DNA of 32,000 bases, taken from Pyrodictium abyssi. GTDB taxonomy: Archaea; Thermoproteota; Thermoprotei_A; Sulfolobales; Pyrodictiaceae. Position numbers and translations under genes: made by a program. Under the pieces are notes generated by a model. The model was not told the DNA's origin and ran no database searches. It saw only the letters and a program-made list of their open reading frames with translations. The stretch lies in NCBI RefSeq assembly GCF_036323395.1, contig NZ_AP028907.1, positions 1,320,001-1,352,000 of the forward strand, written 5' to 3'. This document shows, piece by piece, positions 26,686 through 32,000 of this stretch (position 1 is its first letter; each line of letters starts with the position of its first letter).

Positions 26686-29148
26686 TTGAGACGACTACTC
26701 CTAGCCCTGCTACTCGTACTCCTCCTACCAGGCTACGCCGCGCCAGCACTAGCCCAGGGAGCAGGCCACATAGTGCTAGAGGCCCATGTAGGCGGCGACG
26801 GCTGGGCGTTCCTACACGCGAGGCTGCCGCCGGGCAGCTACCGTGTGGTCTCCATCGAGGGCTGGGAGCCCCGGCCGGTCAACCTGAAGCCGCTGCTCCT
26901 CAGCTTCACGCCGGACCCCAGCCTCTGGAAGCGGCTAAGCACGCTGGCTGTAGCCGGGCCCGGGGAGGCCTACAAGCCGAGGGTCGAGCTCGTTGACACG
27001 GGTAGCGGCGTGGAGCTCTACGCCTGGGCGCCGGGCAAGCCCGGGGCTAAGGTGAGGATAGTCCTGGAGCGGCTAGGCGGCCAGGGCCAGGCCGGGGGCG
27101 AGAAGCCCTCCATGATTATAATAGTGCCGAACGAGACGGGGCTGCTGAAGCAGGCCGAGAGGATAGCGGAGCTCCACCGGGGCCAGGGCCTAGACGTCAG
27201 GATAGTCACGACGGACGAGATACGCACAGCCTACGCTCCCGCGGAGAAGCCCGAGGGGCTCTGTAAGCCGGGGAGCAGCGGGCCGGACTACGACATGGAC
27301 CTAGCCCTCCGGATAGTCTCCATGCTCCGCGACGCCGAGGACGAGGGGGTACGCTACGTCCTCATCATAGGCGGCGCTGGCGACGTGCCTCCCCTCTACT
27401 ACTGTAGCCCTATACTACGCGAGCTGGTTAACCCCGAGGAGGCGGCTGTGCCTACCGACTACTTCTACGCCGACCCGGACTACGACGGCTTCGCAGAGCT
27501 AGCGGTGGGCCGTATACCCATAAGCGACCCCGTGAAGCTCTCGGTATACGTCTCATCACTGGAGAACTGGATCCAGGGCGGCTCGTGGCAGGAGAAGGCG
27601 CTGCTAGCCGGCGGGGCGCCGTTCGCCACCAGCATAATGGTCGGCGAGGACGCTGTCATAAAGGCGCTGGAGAACCTGGATGGCCTAGGCCTCGACGTGG
27701 AGACCCTGCTGCTCAGCCTCGGCAACTACGCCGGGAAGCGGTTCACGAGCTACGTAGGCGGCTACGGGCTCTACTACCTCGTGACCCATGGCGCTGGCAG
27801 CGCGCTGCTGGACTACGTGCCCGGCGGTATCTGGAACTACGACTTCGAGGAGAAGCTCCGCAGCACAGAGATAACGTTCACCAAGGAACCCGGCGTCTAC
27901 CTTAGCCCTGCCTGCCGCGCCGGCTTCTGGGACTACGACCTGGTAGACCCGCCGTTCAAGCCGCCAAGCATAGCCGTGTCTCTCCTAGAGCACGGTGCCG
28001 CCGTGGCCTACCTGGGGTTCTCGAGGATAGCCATAGAGGTGATAGACGGCGTCACAAGCGTTAACGGGAGAACCGAGGCTAGCCTAGCCGCCGCTGACGC
28101 GCTCCTACTACTCTTCATGAAGGGCCTCGGCTCCACCGAGACGCTGGGAGACGCGTGGCTCTCAGCCCTCAACGCCTACGCTGTTATGCCTGCTAGCGGC
28201 TACCGCGCCTACCTCACCGGCGGCCAGGAGGACATAGGCGAGCTGGTCCTAAGGGAGGCCATATTCCTAGGCGACCCGGCTGCGCCCAACCCCTGGAAGG
28301 GCAGCGCACATGCCCCCCGCGAGCCTCCGGAGCTGGCCCCGCCGCCCGGCAGCATAGACGTCGGCGCCGCCGTGCTGGCCATGCCGCTGGCGCGCTACAC
28401 CTCGGGCACACTGCCCGCGTTCAACCCCGGCGGCACCGAGACGATAACGCTGAGCTTCAAGGGCACATGCCCCGACGAGGTCCACGCCGAGGCGCTGTAC
28501 AGGGTAGACGGCTACTACATGATAGGCTTGGAGGAGCTACCAGCTAGTCTCAGCAGGGATGCAGGCTGCACTGTCGAGATAACGCTGCCGCCGGACTCGC
28601 CAGGCCTTCTAAGGCTCCTAGCCAGGTGGGGCGAGCGGCTCACAGCCTACTACGTCATCGCGGCCGGGGCCTGGCTCGACATGGACAGGGCAGCCATAGT
28701 GATGAGAGGGCTTGATGTCCTAGAGACCGTGGGCAACGAGCCGCTACTACTCACGGTGGACGGTGCTACAGCGTCCATAGTGCCGGGCGGCTCGACAAGC
28801 TACACTGTACCGCTACAGGCGGTAGCCCCGCTGCTCGGCAGCGACGGTGCCAAGGTCTCGGTGGCGCCCATGTACCGCCTGGACAAGATATACGGCGGCG
28901 AGTTCGTCGAGAACGAGATAGCCAAGCTAGCCAGGCTCTTCACCGTAGACGTGCCTGCCAGCGACGCCGTCATAATGCCCCCGTTCTCCGTACAGCTGGC
29001 GAGCAGAGAAGCCCCTAGCAACACCACTTACACGGCTACAAACCCGCCTCTGCTCGCCGATACAGGGCTACTCGTGCTAGCCCTAGTAGCCGCCGCTCTC
29101 GCAGCCGGGAGGCTTACTACAAGGAGGCAGCAGGAATACAGCGTCTAG
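26686..29148 (+). CDS. Secreted/surface peptidase C25 (gingipain)-like protein with signal peptide and C-terminal TM anchor
   Basis: Signal-like LRRLLLALLLVLLLPGYAAPALA; YVLIIGGAGDVPPLYY, AVPTDYFYADPDYDGFAELAVGRIPI; catalytic-like YYLVTHGAG and YLSPACRAG; C-terminal hydrophobic helix LLVLALVAAALAAGRLTTRR. TTG start at 26686 is inferred; the track ORF starts at 26593 inside rbcL. Confidence 0.8.
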   Translation: MRRLLLALLLVLLLPGYAAPALAQGAGHIVLEAHVGGDGWAFLHARLPPGSYRVVSIEGWEPRPVNLKPLLLSFTPDPSLWKRLSTLAVAGPGEAYKPRVELVDTGSGVELYAWAPGKPGAKVRIVLERLGGQGQAGGEKPSMIIIVPNETGLLKQAERIAELHRGQGLDVRIVTTDEIRTAYAPAEKPEGLCKPGSSGPDYDMDLALRIVSMLRDAEDEGVRYVLIIGGAGDVPPLYYCSPILRELVNPEEAAVPTDYFYADPDYDGFAELAVGRIPISDPVKLSVYVSSLENWIQGGSWQEKALLAGGAPFATSIMVGEDAVIKALENLDGLGLDVETLLLSLGNYAGKRFTSYVGGYGLYYLVTHGAGSALLDYVPGGIWNYDFEEKLRSTEITFTKEPGVYLSPACRAGFWDYDLVDPPFKPPSIAVSLLEHGAAVAYLGFSRIAIEVIDGVTSVNGRTEASLAAADALLLLFMKGLGSTETLGDAWLSALNAYAVMPASGYRAYLTGGQEDIGELVLREAIFLGDPAAPNPWKGSAHAPREPPELAPPPGSIDVGAAVLAMPLARYTSGTLPAFNPGGTETITLSFKGTCPDEVHAEALYRVDGYYMIGLEELPASLSRDAGCTVEITLPPDSPGLLRLLARWGERLTAYYVIAAGAWLDMDRAAIVMRGLDVLETVGNEPLLLTVDGATASIVPGGSTSYTVPLQAVAPLLGSDGAKVSVAPMYRLDKIYGGEFVENEIAKLARLFTVDVPASDAVIMPPFSVQLASREAPSNTTYTATNPPLLADTGLLVLALVAAALAAGRLTTRRQQEYSV

Positions 29149-29655
29149 GCATCAGCTGCTAGAACACTATACCATATACCATCGCGCGTCATGAATTTGT
29201 TTCACTGGCCACAAGAAAGCCCACTTCTACATACGTCATTGTGGTAGCTTTAGGAGTAGACGAGCGCCTAGGCTTGGACATGACGCGATAGATTATTTAT
29301 CGTGTATGGGGGGCCCTCGGTGACCTGGCCTGCTCATGGCCTAGACGGCTTAACTGCCGCTAGCCTCCGATAGTTACCGTCTGTCGAGCACCGCCTTTAC
29401 CAGCTTGCCTGAGTGGAGTCCATACAATACCATTAAAGTAGTGTACCGTCTACTCTCGTGTCCGCTATGCCAGAGATTACTGTAGTCTAGTGGCCAAGCT
29501 AAGTGTAGAGCTGGGCTAGGCAGGACATAATTCCCCTCTTACACCGGGCAGCGTGTTCGGCGACTGCGCTAAACAGGGTGAACGTGCGGGGGACATGCGA
29601 GGTGCCACATAAGCATGAGAGTCCAGTCGATGTAGCGGCCCTTCTCCCCTCAAGG

Positions 29656-30357
29656 GTGTGCGGGCTAGCAGTAGACATAGATGGCACCATAACGGAGAAA
29701 CGAGGCCAGGGTAGCTTCCGCTTAAGCCTCGAGGCCGTGGAGGCGCTGCGGCTCCTAGAGGATGCTGGTATACGCGTGATGCTCGTCACCGGGAACTCCG
29801 TGATGGTGACTGCAGGTGTTGCCCGCTATATAGGCGTGAGCGGCCCACACGTAGCAGAAAATGGCTGCCTCGTCTACCGCCGGGGTACGATAACACATGC
29901 ATGCCACCATACAGCCCGAGCCGCAGCCCGCGCTCTCGAGGAGGAGATGAGCGGGATACTCCAGCCTAGCTGGCAGAACCGGTGCCGGCTCCACGACTAC
30001 GCCTTCACAATACGCCGCGGAGACCCCAAGGACGTGCTAAGAGAGGCCAAGATGGTGCTGACAGAGAGGGGCCTCCCGGCCAAGCTGAGCCACAGCGGCT
30101 ACGCGCTCCACGTACGCCCCCCGGAGGCAAGCAAGGGGCTCGGGCTCAGCATAGCTCTACGCCTAGCAGGGCTAGACCCAGGCTGCGTCATAGCGGTAGG
30201 CGACTCAGCAGTAGACTTGGAAATGCGCGACGCAGGCGTACTCCTGGCAGCCGTCGGCAACGCCGACCAGCAGCTGCTAGAGGGGGCCGATATAGTGCTG
30301 CCCGGTGAGAGCGGCAAGAGCATAGCAGTGCTCGCCAAGGCGATACTGGGGAGGTAG
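29656..30357 (+). CDS. Archaeal phosphoglycolate-phosphatase-like HAD hydrolase
   Basis: LAVDIDGTITEKRG, VMLVTGNSVMVTAGVARYIG, VAENGCLVY, VIAVGDSAVDLEMRDAGVLLAAVGNADQQLLEGADIV. GTG at 29656 puts the DxD motif near the N-terminus. Confidence 0.88.
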   Translation: MCGLAVDIDGTITEKRGQGSFRLSLEAVEALRLLEDAGIRVMLVTGNSVMVTAGVARYIGVSGPHVAENGCLVYRRGTITHACHHTARAAARALEEEMSGILQPSWQNRCRLHDYAFTIRRGDPKDVLREAKMVLTERGLPAKLSHSGYALHVRPPEASKGLGLSIALRLAGLDPGCVIAVGDSAVDLEMRDAGVLLAAVGNADQQLLEGADIVLPGESGKSIAVLAKAILGR

Positions 30358-30470
30358 CGCTCCCCGGGGGCGCGGGCATAGACGCGTGACCTACCTGTAG
30401 CCACCGTGTAGAGCCCATGCGCGTGGATATGGGCGCCTACAGCCCCTACGCCCGTGTATAGGGGCCGGGG

Positions 30471-30773
30471 CTAGCCCTCGCCGCACAGCTCCCTGGCCAG
30501 CTCCACCCCCTTCTTGGTGAGCCCGTAGCTCCTCCTGCCCGGCCCATGTGTCTTCTCCCAGGCGAGGCCCAGGGCCACGAGCCTCTTTAGGGCCTTGGCT
30601 GCTATGCCGCGGGCCTCCCGGGGGAGGCGGGCCACAGCCTCGGGCGGAACATGGCACCTTGTCGATAGACCGCATATCCGGTAGAGGGCGCACAGTGCTA
30701 TGCGTAGCTGCTCCCTCCGGGGCCTGGCTACGAGGGGAGACGCGTAGCCAGGAAGACACCCGGAGGCTCCCAC
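30471..30773 (-). CDS. Small winged-helix-like DNA-binding protein
   Basis: QLRIALCALYRICGLSTRCHVPPEAVARLPREARGIAAKALKRLVALGLAWEKTHGPGRRSYGLTKKGVELARELCG. Confidence 0.65.
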   Translation of the reverse strand: MGASGCLPGYASPLVARPRREQLRIALCALYRICGLSTRCHVPPEAVARLPREARGIAAKALKRLVALGLAWEKTHGPGRRSYGLTKKGVELARELCGEG

Positions 30774-31232
30774 GGCGCGCCTAGCCCGTGTCCCCGCACA
30801 CGTCGTCGAACAGCTCGCCGAGCCTCCTAGCCATATTTGAGATGTCCAGCAGCCCGCGCTCGGTCACGTGGTAGCGGCGTGCTAGAACCTCGGGCGGCGC
30901 GCCGCACACCACGTCTCAGAGGATGCTGCAGAACTGCCTATCCTTGGCCACGATGCTCCGGATCGCATACACCTCATGGCCCTTCCGCGTCAAGATATGC
31001 GTAAACGATGTCAGCGAGGACGGATTCTGGTTAGGCTATAGAAACGCGTATATTAGATTAGCACATGTAGTCTACGGCCCGAATGCAGGGAGTTATAGTG
31101 GTAGCCCATACCTGATATATAAATTGCTGGCCACCCTAGCACTATTGGGAACGCCACAGGCCTGCAACCCCTGTAACCGAGTGCTCATGCAGAAGCGCAT
31201 TTAAAAATACCCTAGTGTACGAGGCCGCTTGG

Positions 31233-32000
31233 TCAGCCCCAGAGCTTCCTTATTATATCTTTCACCGCCTCTTCTAGTGCTTTGACGCGGCACTCTAGGT
31301 CCTTCAGCAGATTCTCCATGTCGGCCAGCTTGGACACCATGTTCTTCAGCTCGCCTTGCAGCGCTGAGAGCTTGGCGGCAAGTATGTCTACTCTAGCGGA
31401 TATGTCGTTTATCGTCCTGGATAATAGGTCTACTTTTGCTTCTAGCTGGCTTACCCGTTTCTCAAGCTCGGTGTCCTTTGTTATCCTTTCCAGCTCTATG
31501 TTTATGCTAACAGATGAACCCACGTCCACGTTAGCCTCGGCTACGTAGTAGCCTGCTGCACGCACGAGTATCTTCACAGTCCCCTCTCGCACCGTGAGCG
31601 TCGCTTTGCCGTCCTTCCCGGTCTCCTCCACGTCTAACACATTACCCTTAGAGTCGTAGGCTACTACCACCGCCTTGGGCACCGGTAGCCCCGTGCCCTT
31701 CTCCACCACAGTTACGTAGACTGTTGGCAGCTTCGGTGGCGGCGGGAGCGGCTTGGACTTGAGAGTAAAGGTCGCTGAAGCTGATGCAGCGCCACAGACT
31801 ATTTCGACGCGGTAGTTCCCAGCAACCCATCCACCGGTCGGTATTGATGGTATGGGTATGCTAATCCCCTTAGCCGCGTCGTCGGCTGTTACGAGCATTA
31901 CCTTTACCGGCTCGCCTATCGGCGATAGCACACGTAGCGTAGCGATGTCGCAGGGAAGAGTGCCGTTCACCCTTATCTTCACAGTATCGCCATACTCATA
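31233..32000 (-). CDS. C-terminal part of a putative surface protein: Ig/carboxypeptidase-regulatory-like domain followed by a long coiled coil
   Basis: Frame stays open to the window edge (YEYGDTVKIRVNG upstream of the listed GTG). TVYVTVVEKGTGLPVPKAVVVAYDSKGNVLDVEETGKDGKATLTVREGTVKILVRAAGYYVAE resembles a beta-sandwich repeat; then LEKRVSQLEAKVDLLSRTINDISARVDILAAKLSALQGELKNMVSKLADMENLLKDLECRVKALEEAV. Confidence 0.72.
   Translation of the reverse strand, partial: YEYGDTVKIRVNGTLPCDIATLRVLSPIGEPVKVMLVTADDAAKGISIPIPSIPTGGWVAGNYRVEIVCGAASASATFTLKSKPLPPPPKLPTVYVTVVEKGTGLPVPKAVVVAYDSKGNVLDVEETGKDGKATLTVREGTVKILVRAAGYYVAEANVDVGSSVSINIELERITKDTELEKRVSQLEAKVDLLSRTINDISARVDILAAKLSALQGELKNMVSKLADMENLLKDLECRVKALEEAVKDIIRKLWG

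Noticed and set aside
23508-29550. Shared 14-mer CTCTTACACCGGGC near 23.51 kb and 29.54 kb
   Set aside because: A 14-mer recurring once in 32 kb is within chance expectation, and the flanks do not align well.
1-32000. tRNA, rRNA, CRISPR arrays or transposase genes
   Set aside because: Looked for T-arm-like GGTTCRANTCC sequences, regularly spaced direct repeats and known transposase motifs by eye; none found. A covariance and repeat-finder run would be needed to exclude them formally.

Overview
This is a GC-rich archaeal window. Family content, TATA-like promoters and leaderless starts suggest a hyperthermophilic crenarchaeon of the Pyrodictium/Hyperthermus/Pyrolobus type, but that is inference only. 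From left to right it holds: (1) the end of a complex-I/hydrogenase-like operon with three antiporter-type membrane subunits; (2) a frameshifted DUF3800-like gene and an AT-rich orphan membrane protein gene; (3) a minus-strand ECF cobalt transporter operon (cbiM, cbiN-like, cbiQ, cbiO); (4) a tandem of a Dph6-like ATP pyrophosphatase and a stand-alone asparagine-synthetase-domain gene, both broken by single-base frameshifts; (5) a degraded cobT-like fragment and cbiB; (6) an ABC exporter pair whose permease is frameshifted near its C-terminus; (7) an approximately 0.8 kb non-coding stretch with an extreme C/A-to-G/T strand composition switch; (8) an intact block with a class II glutamine amidotransferase-like protein, two thioredoxin-fold-like proteins, an AmrS-type radical SAM enzyme, an HTH/coiled-coil regulator, UPF0210/DUF711, an ACT-domain protein, Sir2, an EamA transporter, an Lrp-like regulator, a HIT protein, form III RuBisCO, a gingipain-like (C25) surface peptidase, a HAD phosphoglycolate-phosphatase-like protein, a small wHTH protein, and the C-terminal part of a surface protein ending in a long coiled coil. 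I saw no tRNA, rRNA or CRISPR array. The main observations are the cluster of about eight single-base frameshifts confined to about 4.9-13.7 kb, the Dph6-like/AsnB-like tandem, the composition switch near 14 kb, and a 58-aa membrane protein missed by the ORF track. I did not find a convincing new defence or mobile system.
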